Positions 1 through 12,200 of a stretch of DNA of 64,000 nt are shown here, piece by piece. Below the pieces are notes generated by a model that did not search any database, was not told the DNA's origin, and was given only the letters and a program-made list of their open reading frames with translations. A program made the translations under genes and the position numbers. Within the stretch, counting starts at the first letter, position 1, and each line of letters begins with the position of its first letter. The DNA comes from the human T2T-CHM13v2.0 reference genome, Homo sapiens, in assembly GCF_009914755.1 (NCBI RefSeq), contig NC_060934.1. One strand, 5' to 3'.

Positions 1-671
1 TGCCTAGGTTTTCTCCTAGGGTTTTTATGGTTTTATGTCTAATATTTAAGTCTTTAATCCATCTTGAATTAATTTTTGAATAAGATGTAAGGAAGGGATC
101 CAGTTTCAGCTTTCTACATATGGCTAGCCAGTTTTCCCAGCACCATTTATTAAATAGGGAATCCTTTCCCCATTTCTTGCTTTTGTCAGGTTTGTCAAAG
201 ATTAGATGGTTGTAGATGTGTGGTATTATTTCTGAGGCCTCTGTTCTGTTCCACTGGTCTATATATCTGTTTTGGTACCAGTACCATGTTGTTTTGGTTA
301 CTGTAGCCTTGTAGTATAGTTTGAAGTCAGGTAGCATCATGCCTCCAGCTCTGTTCTTTATGCTTAGGATTGTCTTGGAAATGTGGCCTCTTTTTTGGTT
401 CCATACGTACTTTAAAGTAGTTTTTTCTAATTCTGTGAATAAAGTCATTGGTAGCTTGATGGGGATGGCATTGAATCTATGAATTACCTTGGGCAGTATG
501 GCCATTTTCATGATATTGGTTTTTTCTATCCATGAGCATGGAATGTTCTTCCATTTGTTTGTGTCCTCTTTTATTTCACTGAGCAGTGGTGTGTAGTTTT
601 CCTTGAAGAGGTCCTTCACATCTCTTGTAAGTTGGATTCCTAGGTATTTTATTCTCTTTGTAGCAATTATG
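1..671 (-). mobile_element. L1PA (about PA5/PA6) ORF2 segment, inverted 5' part of a twin-primed insertion; continues upstream of the window
   Basis: Antisense L1 ORF2 (tgcctaggttttc...ggatccagtttcagctttctacatatggctagccag...ggtattttattctctttg) switches abruptly to sense L1 at ~672. Confidence 0.92.
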
Positions 672-1688
672 AACTAAAGAGCTTCTGCATGGCAAAAGAA
701 ACTACCATCAGAGTGAACAGGCAACCTACAGAATAAGAGAAAACTCCCAATCTACCCATCTGACAAGGAGCTAATAATATCCAGAATCTACAAAGAACTT
801 AAACAAATTTACAAGAAAAAAACAACCCCAGCAAAAAGTGGGCAAAGGATATGAATAGACACTTCACAAAAGAAGACATTTATGCAGCCAACAGACACAT
901 GAAAAAATGCTCATCATCACTGGTCATCAGAGAAATGCAAATCAAAACCACAATGAGATACCGTCTCATGCCAGTTAGAATGGCGATCATTAAAAAGTCA
1001 GGAAACAACAGGTTCTGGATATGGAGGATGTGGAGAAATAGGAACACTTTTACACTGTTGGTGGGACTGTAAACTAGTTCAACCATTGTGGAAGACAGTG
1101 TGGCAATTCCTCAAGGATCTAGAACTAGAAATACCATTTGACACAGCAATCCCATTACTGGGTATATACCCAAAGGATTATAAATCATGCTGCCATAAAG
1201 ACACATGCACACGTATGTTTATTGCAGCACTATTCACAATAGCAAAGACTTGGAACCAACCCAAATGTCCATCAATGATTGCCTGGATTAAGAAAATGTG
1301 GCATATATATACAATGGAATACTACGCAGCCATAAGAAAGGATAAGTTCATGTCCTCTGTAGGAACATGGATGAAGCTGGAAACCATCATTCTCAGCAAA
1401 CTATCACAAGGACAGAAAACCAAACACCGCATGTTCTTACTCATAGGTGGGAACTGAATAATGAGAATACTTGGACACAGGGCGGGGAACATCACACACT
1501 GGGGCCTGTCGGGGGCTGGGGGCCTGGGGGAGGGATAGCATTAGGAGAAATACCTAATGTAAATGACGAGTTGGTGAGTGCAGCAAACCAAAATAGCACA
1601 TGTAGACCTATGTAACAAACCTGCACGTTGTACACATGTACCCTAAAGCTTAAAGTGTGTGTATATATATATATAAAAGATAAAAAAG
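672..1688 (+). mobile_element. L1PA5/PA6-like 3' end (ORF2 C-terminus + 3'UTR + degraded tail)
   Basis: ORFs 851-1072 and 1086-1457 translate to L1 ORF2p C-terminal sequence ([10 protein letters not shown]...WNQPKCPSM...); G-rich 3'UTR and 'cttaaagt' end; tail partly converted to (GT)(TA)n. Confidence 0.93.
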
Positions 1689-2220
1689 GAATACTTTACA
1701 GAGCAGGAAATACATTGTACTGATGATGTTCATGGTTGTCTATTTATAAATTATGCATGATTACAGAAGGACAACATGAAAGTATATGAAGAACATGACA
1801 GATTTTAATAAATTAAAAATGAAATTTGGAAACTATTTTGTAAAAAGAGACAAAAAAAACTTTCCAGGAGCATAAAGTAGGATCCTTATTGCAATTGAAA
1901 ATTAAATTCACTTCAAATGTTCTTAGTATCTAAAGGAAAAAAATATATACTGATGGAGCAACTCTTCTGAAAAATAACTCAACATTATGGTTATTTTGTG
2001 AAATGGCTTGAGAACTTCTCTTGGAAGTTTTTCACTATTACATTTAGATGTGGCTACAAACTTCATGCTGCTCTTCCTTCTGTGATGTCAAAGAGCATGC
2101 AGCTGAGAAGTGCATGGCTTATATGCAAGTGAAGTCTAAAAAATAGTGTTGGTTCACATAACTTTCCACTGTTACTCAGATAACTGAGGCTAACCAACAA
2201 TGAGGAGAGCACTTTTGTTT

Positions 2221-2518
2221 TCCTTTTTTTTTTTTTTCTGAGACAAGGTCTCACTCTGTCTCTCAGGCTGAAGTGCAGTGGCGTGATCATGGTTCACTGC
2301 AGCCTTGACCTCCCTGGCTCAAGCGGTCCTCCCACCTCAGCCTCCTGAGTAGCTGGAACCACAGTGCACACCACCACACTTGGCTAATTTTTGTATTTTT
2401 AGTAGAGATGGGGTTTCCCTATGTTACCCAGGCTGATCTCAAACTCCTGGGTTCAATTGATCTGCCCACCTCAGTCTCCCAAGTGCTGGGATTACAGAGT
2501 GAGCTACTGCACCCAGCC
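2221..2518 (-). mobile_element. AluJ
   Basis: Dimeric Alu, antisense, AluJ-type 'tcatggttcactgcagccttgacctcc'; imperfect TSD agcacttt(c)tgtt at 2208-2219 / 2519-2531. Confidence 0.92.
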
Positions 2519-2814
2519 AGCACTTTCTGTTAATACTTTAGCCTCTAGTCATGAGCTAGAAAGGGACTTGAATACAGCCACCCAGTTTCACTTCTCTGGG
2601 GGTCTCTGACTCACGTTCATTTGGTACAGAACCTAATAGACAGCATATGGGGAAAATTTTTTTGAACTGAATTGAAAATGTAACAAAATGCTTGGGGAAG
2701 TAATTCAGTGCTATTTAAAAATATATATGTTGACATAGCCTCAGGAATTGCAGTTTCTCATAGTCATGATAAAGTTCTCCCTTTGATAGCTCAGACATGA
2801 AGTAATTGAAGTAA

Positions 2815-3015
2815 GTTCAGGTTTTGCTTCTGCTAATTACTAGCCATGTGACCTTGGGCAAGTTTCTTAAGTTTGCAAAAAAATCCAGTTTCCTCATCCA
2901 TAAAACCTGAAAAATAATACTACCTGCCTCATCGAGTTATGGTTTATATTAAATGTGATCATTTATGTAAAATGTTTCATATAGCACCTAGCACCTAGTA
3001 AACAGTCAAAAATCT
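2815..3015 (+). mobile_element. MIR SINE
   Basis: MIR core 'tgtgaccttgggcaagt...cagtttcctcatc...aataatactacc' and 3' 'agcacctagcacctagtaaac'. Confidence 0.8.
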
Positions 3016-3513
3016 AATTTCTACTATGGCTAATTGGATGTTTAATACAGTCCGTTACTGAGGTCATCTTTACTGGATTTGAGTGACAATTTAAAATTTT
3101 AGATCAAATAAATATTACAAATATGCAAAATGTAAAATGGTATGATCAAATAAATATTTATATGGAAGACTTTATTAAGATTTTAGCTTGCAATACATGA
3201 TTGAGAATTTCATTTGGGCAGTATCCTCAATTGTGAAAAGAGGGGTTCAGATTCAATAATCCCCAAGGTGCTAATATTTAAATTCTACATAGTACTAATT
3301 TTTAATTGAGAAATTTAGTAAGAAATTTATATTTATAATGATATTCAAATTAGATGTCTGATTCATTACTTATATTTATTATTTAGATTCATCCAAATAT
3401 TCTAGGCATAAGTATCTTAACCTAATACAAAACCAACTTGTTGAGATAGAACTTAGAATACGTATTGGGAAAATTTTGAAATAAACTCTAATTAGCATTG
3501 CAAAAACTTTTTT

Positions 3514-3651
3514 TTCCTCTTTAATTTTTGTGGGTAGATAGTGCATGTATGTATTTATGGGGCACATGAGATAGTTTGGTACAAGTATGCAATGCATGAT
3601 AACCACATCATGGAAAATTCAGTATCCATCCCCTCAAGCATTTATCCTTTG
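3514..3651 (-). mobile_element. Short L1MA 3'-end fragment
   Basis: 'tatttatggggcacatgagata...tatccatcccctcaagcatttatcctttg' resembles an L1MA 3'UTR; flanked by aaaactttttt on both sides (probable TSD). Confidence 0.75.
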
Positions 3652-4220
3652 AGAAAACTTTTTTGAGTTTGTTTCCAATGGGTATGTCCTTTAAGTGTAC
3701 CATTGTGCTTCCTTTATTTTAGAGGGAAAAAAAGGGAGCAAAGGAAGTAAGACGTAGTGAGAGAGACCAAAATAGGAAGACTCTGGAACTCTTGCCAAAG
3801 AAATCACTGTGGTAGATTTGCAACCTGATTTCTAGACTGGAATTGTTCAGATGAAGTCAGATAAACTTCACAGAAACATCTGTACTTTATAGCGGTGATC
3901 TGAAACACCAAAAACTCTGGCAGTTCTCCCATTCCTCTCTCTAGTTTTCTCCAAAGTGAGTGTATGAAAACTCTGTCCTCTACCACTGCTGCAAACCTCT
4001 AATTCCCAATTATGTAATGGTTCCAAAAAGCATACACCATGTGACTCTGTGCAAGTTAGACTGAAAGACAAAAGTTTGACTCTAGAAATTTATGTTTAGT
4101 TATTTATTGTCCGACATCTATTTTAGAGCATAGTCCTTCTTCCTTAGGCCCTCCCTCAAATCACTCAACTGATACCAAGTCATATATTGAATGATTTTTC
4201 AAAAAAAAAGTAGCATTTAC

Positions 4221-4969
4221 TTATTGAAGAAATAATAATTGCCTGTAATTATATACAGTGATGTTATGATAAATGCATTCAGTGTGGAATGATTGAATCA
4301 AGATAACATATCCATGAACTTAAATAATGATCATTTATCCCTCCTGTCTAACTGCAACTTCGTGCCATTGGGCCAACATCTCCCCATTCTCTCCACCCCC
4401 AGCCTCTGGTAACTAATATTCTACATTCTGTTTCTATGAGTTCAATTGTTTTAGCATCCAGGAATAAGTGAGAACATGTGGTATTTGTATTTTTGCGCCT
4501 GCATTATTTCACTTAGCATAGTGTCCTCCAGGTTCATCCATGTTGTCACAAATGACAGGCTTTCCTTCTCTTTTTTGGCAAAATTGTATTCCATTTTGTG
4601 TGTCTATACACACACACAAACACACACACACACACACATATCCTAAGGACCTGAAGTCAATATTCAAAGAGATATATGCACTTCTATATATATATAAAAT
4701 AAAATTTGATTGTTATATATCAATGATTGATTCAGTCATTCTACACTGATTCCAAATGTTGTGTGTGTGTGTATATATATATATACACATATATACATGT
4801 ATATGTATGTACACATATATACGTATATATATGTGTGTATATATATACGTATATATATGTGTATATATATATACGTATATATATGTGTATATATGTGTAT
4901 ATATGTGTGTATATATGTATATATGTGTGTATATATGTGTATATATGTATATATGTATATGTGTGTGTG

Positions 4970-5017
<48 letters not shown>

Positions 5018-5175
5018 TTTTCTTTATCATTCATCCATTGATGGATACTTGGGCTGATTCCATAACTTGGCTATTTTAAATAATGAGGCAATGAACACAG
5101 GAGTGCATATATCTCTTTGAATATTGATTTCAGGTCCTTAGGATATGTACCTAGAGGTGAGATTGCTGGATGTAC
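4221..5175 (-). mobile_element. L1MA (about MA7-MA9) 3' fragment interrupted by microsatellites and a templated insertion
   Basis: 'cagcctctggtaac...gtgagaacatgtggtattt...atttcacttagcatagtgtcctccaggttcatccatgttgtcacaaatgacagg'; resumes 'cattttctttatcattcatccattgatggatac' after 5015. Confidence 0.85.
4760..5012. repeat. Compound (TG)/(TA)/(CA) microsatellite, ~250 bp
   Basis: Directly visible; source of the six overlapping low-complexity ORFs at 4713-5079. Confidence 0.97.
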
Positions 5176-5539
5176 ATTCTTTTTAACATCTTTTTATTCA
5201 AACACTCATAGTCTGTGTTGTTCCTCACTGCAATGAATAATAAACCCAGATTTTTAGATTGAAAATTGTTCCCAGTATTTAACATACTATTTTTGTTTTT
5301 TAAGATCTGGGATTTTCCTTTCATGATACAGTTAGTGGGTTCCAACCCTGCCTGGGTTCGTCGTCTCTGCCCTAAAACACACAGAGTAGTTGGTGCAATG
5401 GGAAACATTGACATCACCCGGGAATGAGATACACATTATCATGAGATTAGGCTTAGAATAAAATCCAATGTAATATACAAATATAAGGGGAGCTTAGTGG
5501 AAGATAAGCTGACAGAAGAACCTGAGAACAAAGAATAGA

Positions 5540-6190
5540 AGATGTAAGATAAGGTAAGGGAGAGGTGGTGTCAGGAAATTTGAAAAGTGTCACAGGTTGC
5601 AGAGAGGTGCAATGAAATAAGGAATGAGAAAAGAAATATCTACTGGATTTCACAATTGGATGTGTTGGGGAATTCCTGGATGGACTTACAGGAGAAAGCC
5701 AGCATTTGTAGAAGTGGAGGAGACGTGGAGGGTGAGAGGGTAGGGTAAACGACTCTCCACTGGAGGCAATGAGAGATGGGCTGGAAACCACAGGGAGGCA
5801 GAAGTCAAAATTTCTATTTCTATGTTTCTAACAGAGGAGAAACTTCAGCATTCATATAAATCATGGGGAAAGAGAAGACAGAGAGGGAGGCTGGAGCTAA
5901 AGGCAGAGATAGCAACAGAGAAAGAGTAGAGATCTCAAGAGAGACGAGGAAAGTCCGTCTGGGACATGCATGGAAGGAGAAGACTTCTACTAAGGAGAAC
6001 CAGCCCTTCTATGGTCTGAAGATGCCATGATTCTGGACACAGGTTATTTTGTCACAGCTCAAGAGGGAACAGGCAGGAAGGTAAGCAAATTCCCGCCTAA
6101 CGGCCTCATTCTTCTCCGTGACACCGAAAGGGAAGCTGTTTACTGAGACTATTGGGAGAATATGGGAATTAGTAGCTGCAGGAGAGTGAT
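5540..6190 (-). mobile_element. Degenerate L2 fragment(s)
   Basis: Purine-rich tract with L2-like motifs (gtggtgtcaggaa..., ctactggatttcacaa..., cctcattcttctccgtga); boundaries approximate. Confidence 0.45.
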
Positions 6191-6914
6191 GGAGACTTTT
6201 TAGTAAAGATTTATGCTTTTATTTTCTAGCTGAGTATTTTATTTCCTTATTCATAGATTTTGCTTAGGAGATAGGAGATGAAAGCTGCTGGAATGAAGTT
6301 GGATGAGCTCATTTCTTCTATTAAAAGGCTTTACTGGCTGTGCAGTCTCTGAGATTGAAGTTGCTCATGTGGGTCATGAGCAAGCAGCTGCTTTAAGGAT
6401 TTGATCTTGGGTTCTCAGGACCTCTCTGGTGCCTCTCTGGAGCAAGTCCCTGCACTGACAGATGCAACCTGTAGCACAGAGCAAGTCAGGCAGGGAGAAC
6501 AATGCCAACTGTCTCCTCAAGATGCTCAGAAGTGAAAAATACAGAGACGTAAAAATGTACAATTACACTCAGATAGTGATTAACAAAGCATCAGTAAATC
6601 ATTTAATGTAACTCATTGGAATGTGAATTTAAACCCAATATTATGGGGATTGCACAACTTTTCTATACTTTACAAACCATTCCCTTGGAAATAATTATTT
6701 GGAAATCATTATTTAACATGATAAAATTAGGTCATAGCTCACACTCATACATGATCACATGTACTCATTACTTCAATTGCAAACCTATGATAATTTGTTG
6801 GTGAAATAAGAAGATGTGAAAAGGTGCCGTAGGGACAAATTTTCCTTCCATATTTCAATTCAAGACATCATTGTGAGTAGACTAAAATAATTCATATTTC
6901 TGCTGAAAACTACC

Positions 6915-7107
6915 TAGGGTTATCACATAAAATTCACGACATTCAAATTAATTTGAATTTCAGATAAACAAAGAATAGATTTTTAGTGTTAAGTGTGCCC
7001 CAAATATTGCATGGGACATAGTTATAATAAAAATATATTGTTCTTTATTTTAAATTCAAATTTAATTGAGTATCCCATGTTGTTATTTGCTAAATATGAT
7101 TACCCTA
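6915..7107. mobile_element. MER53 palindromic hAT-type MITE (family that gave rise to miR-1302)
   Basis: Termini tagggtt...tacccta; internal 'aatttgaatttcagataaaca...cccaaatattgcatgggacata...aaattcaaatttaa' match my recollection of the MER53 consensus. Confidence 0.85.
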
Positions 7108-7605
7108 AAATCTCATTGTTCATAACTCGGTTTTGTGGATATAGAACCATTGCGGGAAAGTGGATGGCTAAAGCAGCCTTACTAAGACCTCTCCTCATGT
7201 GCTCCTGAAAGAGAAGTGCACATTTTAACCAGCTTCCTAAAATATGGACCCATCACTGTCATTTTCCTTTTCGAAAGATTCCAATGTGAGTAAAACATTG
7301 AATTGGAATATTTCGGATTCCCATTTTGCTTCTGAGCTTATTAGCAGGATTCATCTGGATCATCTCCAGCCTGAGATACCTGAGGAAATAGATTATATCA
7401 AAGGGAGAATTCACAGCATCAACAACAGCAAGCATGATGATTTGTTCAGATATGCTGTAGTACAACTGAAGACACAGGAATTGAGGAAGAAGAAGATCCA
7501 GTCTCTCTATTGTCTTGCCTTTGCACCTGGAAACATGCTTGTTTTAAGGTGAAATTGTTCTAGGAGTTTGTGTTCTGCTTTTCCCGCCTTCCCTTGCCCC
7601 ACCAG

Positions 7606-7632
7606 CATACATACATACATGCACGCACTCGT

Positions 7633-7663
<31 letters not shown>
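7606..7663. repeat. (CATA)n-(CA)n microsatellite
   Basis: Directly visible. Confidence 0.95.
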
Positions 7664-7665
<2 letters not shown>

Positions 7666-8103
7666 CATAGAGCTGGGAATTTTGATTTAGAATACCTTTT
7701 TTAAATTTTTATTTACTTATTTGGGCACATGGTCTAAGCCTTAGAGGAATACGCCCCAAGATGTCACCAGTGCCAGTGATTCTATTTGCAGCCATAGGCC
7801 CTTGTGGTCTGGGCATTGCTACTCTTTGCTAGTATTACGTTGGTAGGCAGGGTTTCCTCTTTCCAAAATGATGACATAAATGAAGTTTATTTTTCTATTT
7901 ATTATTCTTTATATGCTCTTCATGACTTCTTGTTCTTTCTTTCAGTTTGATGGAAATCATGTCTCTTTTCTTAAAACTCACCCTCCCCAACACCAAAGCT
8001 GTTACCTTCCTTCCCCTATCAACACATGCTCTCAGAAAAGGGTCCTGCGTCCCCTTCACTCAGAGGTGTGAGTCTTGAACAAGCTAAAAATGGCAACTTA
8101 CTC

Positions 8104-8403
<300 letters not shown>

Positions 8404-8709
8404 TTATTTTTATACTTCTTCCCTTACAGACCTCACAAAAGAAGCAACTCCAATTCTGAAGAAGGTGTTCCTTAGCAGCTGTTGGGAGGGGACAATTTAC
8501 AAAGAGGAAAAGTCTTCTGAGGACATGAGAGACAGTATTTGGATGGCTCTATATTCTCTCTCCATACCTTACTGCTTGAAACCCAAGAGTCTGCAGGAAA
8601 AACACAGTGTATACACACGTGGGCTCAGCTGCTTATATTTTTGACCTGTTCTATTGCTGTTTAATTGGCTATATCATGGCTGAAGACTGAAATGCTTGAT
8701 GACTAGATA

Positions 8710-8917
8710 CAGTGAGTTCTCACTTCACTTCATCCATAGGTTCTTGGAAACTGTGACTTTGAGTGAAACCACATATAATAAAACCATTTTTTAAAAAAAT
8801 CATCCACACTATAACTAAACATTAAATCAAAGGGTGTTATTTGAGGACCTACTGTACATTTCGCTTATGGTCATGGTTTCCAAGAACTTACAGATGATAT
8901 TAAATGAGGACTTACTG
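8710..8917. mobile_element. MER6B-like TcMar-Tigger non-autonomous element
   Basis: TIRs cagtgagttctcact / atgaggacttactg; internal inverted 'ataggttcttggaaactg' / 'gtttccaagaactta'. Confidence 0.8.
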
Positions 8918-8927
8918 AGGTTACTTC

Positions 8928-9259
8928 TTTTTTAAAAAATAAATTGATTTTCATAGGTTTTAGGGGAACGGGTAGTATTTGGTTACATGCCCAAGTTCTT
9001 TAGGGGTGATTTGTGAGATTTTTGGTGCACCCATCACCCAAGCAATATCCACTGTAACCCAGTTTGTAGTCTTGTATCCCTTACCCCGCTCCCACCCTTT
9101 CCCTCTGAGTCCCCAAAGTCCATTGTATCATTCTTACGCTTTTGTATCCTCATAGCTTAGTTGCCACTTATGAGTGAGAATATACGATGTTTGGTTTTCC
9201 ATTCCTGAGTTACTTCACTTAGAATAATAGTCTCCAGTTCCATCTAGGTTGTTGCAGAT
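8928..9259 (-). mobile_element. L1PB 3'-end fragment
   Basis: 'ggtgatttgtgagatttttggtgcacccatcacc...gagtccccaaagtccattgtatcattctta...ttccattcctgagttacttcacttagaataat' typical of L1PB1 3'UTR. Confidence 0.88.
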
Positions 9260-12200
9260 ACTCAAACCCTGCCTACACCTGATGGTGAGAGAAGAAGTAA
9301 CTTAGGGGACTTCAGACAGTCAGAGTCCCAGCATGAATGGTGAAAGGTGAACAATAATTCAGGCTCCTAGAGCTGAAAGAAACATCTGACTTACAAAAGA
9401 GAAAACCAAGATCTAGAAACAATAAGCAACTTAACCAAAGTCAGAACTATTTAGTAACAGAAATAAAGATAAAATATAGGCTTCCAAATAGTCTTCTTTA
9501 GTTCTAATTTAAAGACCAACCTATTTTATCGTATGTGTACCTAAAAGTTTATTAAAAAGCACAGCAAGCTAAAAAGTAATTTTACAAACAGTAGGGACAT
9601 GTAAAACAAAAATATTTTTCAAGGAAACAAAACAAAACCCTTTAGAATAATATTTTAGGTTGGTTAGAAATGCAACTATTTCAACCCAGTGCATTTAATT
9701 ACAGATAATTTTATAATTAAAACTTATCTTTACTCTGAATAAATAATGGCCAAATTTTGCTAATATGGATTAAGGCCCAGGCAATTGGACTTGTATTTAA
9801 AGAAATGTCCAGATTTGTCATTAATTAAGTTGAAATTATTACAGCCACTTTTTTCCTTTAATTTAGTAATGATTAAGAATGGCATGTTGCTCAGAGCTAA
9901 GCAACAAAGAACAGGTATGCTGTCTTATGATTAGAGAGCAAGACTAGGAGCCAGAACTTGTGAGCCTTATTAGAGAATTTTGTAAAGCACTTTGAAGATG
10001 AAAAGAACTATAAAATCCCAAAGAATATTGATATTGCCAGTCTCACTCTTAGTTCTGGCACTAACTTGCTGTGTGGTCTTGAGAAAGAAGAGAGAGAAAG
10101 CAATTGTTAACTTTGAACACAAGGATGCAATGATATATTTTGCTTCAATTTTACTGTTTTGTTTTTTATTTTAAATCTCAATCTAATGAGCAAGAAAAAA
10201 AATAGAGACAAAACAATTTTTTCACCTTAAATAATATAGTAGGTTTTTAGCCATAACCACTTGTCTGGAAAATTCCAACTGCATTTCACTTAATTTTTTT
10301 TTCTCTTAATATAGGCAGGCCTTACTTTTTGTCAAAACATACTCCTTGAAGCTGACACTTAACATCTCATGTTTCATGAGAATTACCTACTACTTATACA
10401 AAAAATACAGATTTCAGAGCTATTATTCCAACATAGGTATTCCAAATACCCTAGTTTAAGGAATAATGTATAAGAAACATTATCTTATACATTAAATCTT
10501 AATAAAAAAATCTTAAAGTCAATGGTCAAAAGTAGCCAAGTGGTCAATAAGTTTGCACAACTGCAATCCAGGCATGCAAACTTATTGTCTTCATTTGCTT
10601 GAAGGGTATTTGAGGTTTTAATGTTTGCACAGTGGCATTGTGCTGACTAGCTACTAATTTCTAGTCAAATGATTTCAAAAAATAGGTTTAAAACATGATT
10701 ATTATAGAAAAAGGCATTTTTATCCCTTAAAATTTCCTAACAACTAAAAGAAATTAAATTCCTTTAAACTGTGTAAGACATCTTTAACATGCGAATGCAT
10801 TTTGATATTCTCTTCTATTTCTCTCTTACTCTTGATGGTTTTCTAATGACCCTGAGTTAGGAGATCTGATGTCCACATGTGACAGGGAAAACACCTCCTC
10901 GCACTCTGCCTAACACTTGGGGATGACTTTTAGTTTTTCAGAAGCAACCCAGAAAGCAATGTGGAGGAAATAATTTAAGTCGATGCTTTCCTTCAGAAAT
11001 AAATGTTTCAAAGATCATATCCAACTGGCCATGGGACAGTAGCATCAAAATATTAAGATCAAAACTCCCCAGCAAATTGCAACAGATGTGCAAGACATTT
11101 ATCCTCAGGGACTGAAAACTCACTTTGAAACGACACATAAAGCTCCAAATTTCAGAGACCACAAGCTCCTTGGCTTACAGTGCACCTAACGTGTCAATTG
11201 AAAGGCGTGGAGTTCGCAAGCTGCGCAGAAAGCAATTTTGCTTTCATACCTGGTGTTCTTGTGCACCCTGGCTAGAGGATTCCAAGTGCATAAGTTGTAA
11301 TCTTTCCAAGAGCAGTAGGTTGATATCAAAGACTCTTCAGTGAAGCAGGGAATTGTGGCAGTACTTCAAGGAGCGGGATTGCAATTAACTCTTAAGTACA
11401 GATTGAAGGAATGCCCTGCTTGGTTGCTACAGGCTTTGCTTGTGCTTCAGAGATGAATGAATGGGAAGCACAGAGCATGCAGAGATGATAACCTGCCAGG
11501 CTGCAGAGAGTGTGGGCAGAGAGAAAAGTCACAGAGTTGATGGGAACATGTACTCGTTGAAATGGGTTTTGAAATCGGTCATACAAAATATTTTATACAA
11601 TGTGATAAACCAAGGTTCTGTTTTCCAATTTTAATGACCAGAAAAAAAAATTCAAAATCCTTTTCATATTATTTTTCCTGCGTGAATGTGTGTGTGGAGT
11701 AAGAGGAGTGTATGTGTGTGGAATGTGTGTGTGTTGGCGGGGAGGGGAGAGGAATGTGGTTCTGCTAACAAGGTGACTCTGACCCGGTTACGTGTGGGTA
11801 GCAAGATGTGAATAAATGTCACCTAGTAGGGAACTGTTAGTGACTTCCCTTAGCACAAAGTGGGTGTAGTGGCACTATTTGGGGGACTGTAGACTTGTAG
11901 GATAGAGAGAAATTAAGCTAAGGAATATATTGTCTAGTAGGAAATGCATTCCAGCTTTTTGGGAACAGGTGATAACAATAATAACAACACCACACAGCAT
12001 TATTCTTCCATAAAGAGTCCAATTGGCTAAAGAGAGCTTTCCTAAACTCACAACAGGAACTGAACCTTTTCAGAAAGCAAACTTGATTGCATATAATCAA
12101 CTCAAATTACTTTCTTAATTAATAACCACTTAGAAAAGCAACTCAGTAGACATAAACCACTGTAGGTCACTTTCTCTCTGTCTCAGGCTTTGCAGTTTTC

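Noticed and set aside
1501-1534. G-quadruplex-forming tract
   Set aside because: Standard feature of the L1PA 3'UTR, not locus-specific
851-1615. ORFs resembling L1 ORF2p
   Set aside because: Frameshifted fragments of a truncated, inverted L1; not functional CDS
4713-5079. Six overlapping 90-107 aa ORFs
   Set aside because: Artefact of the stop-free TA/TG microsatellite
7244-7552. 102-aa ATG ORF (MDPSLSFS...)
   Set aside because: No recognisable domain, promoter or exon context; length compatible with chance
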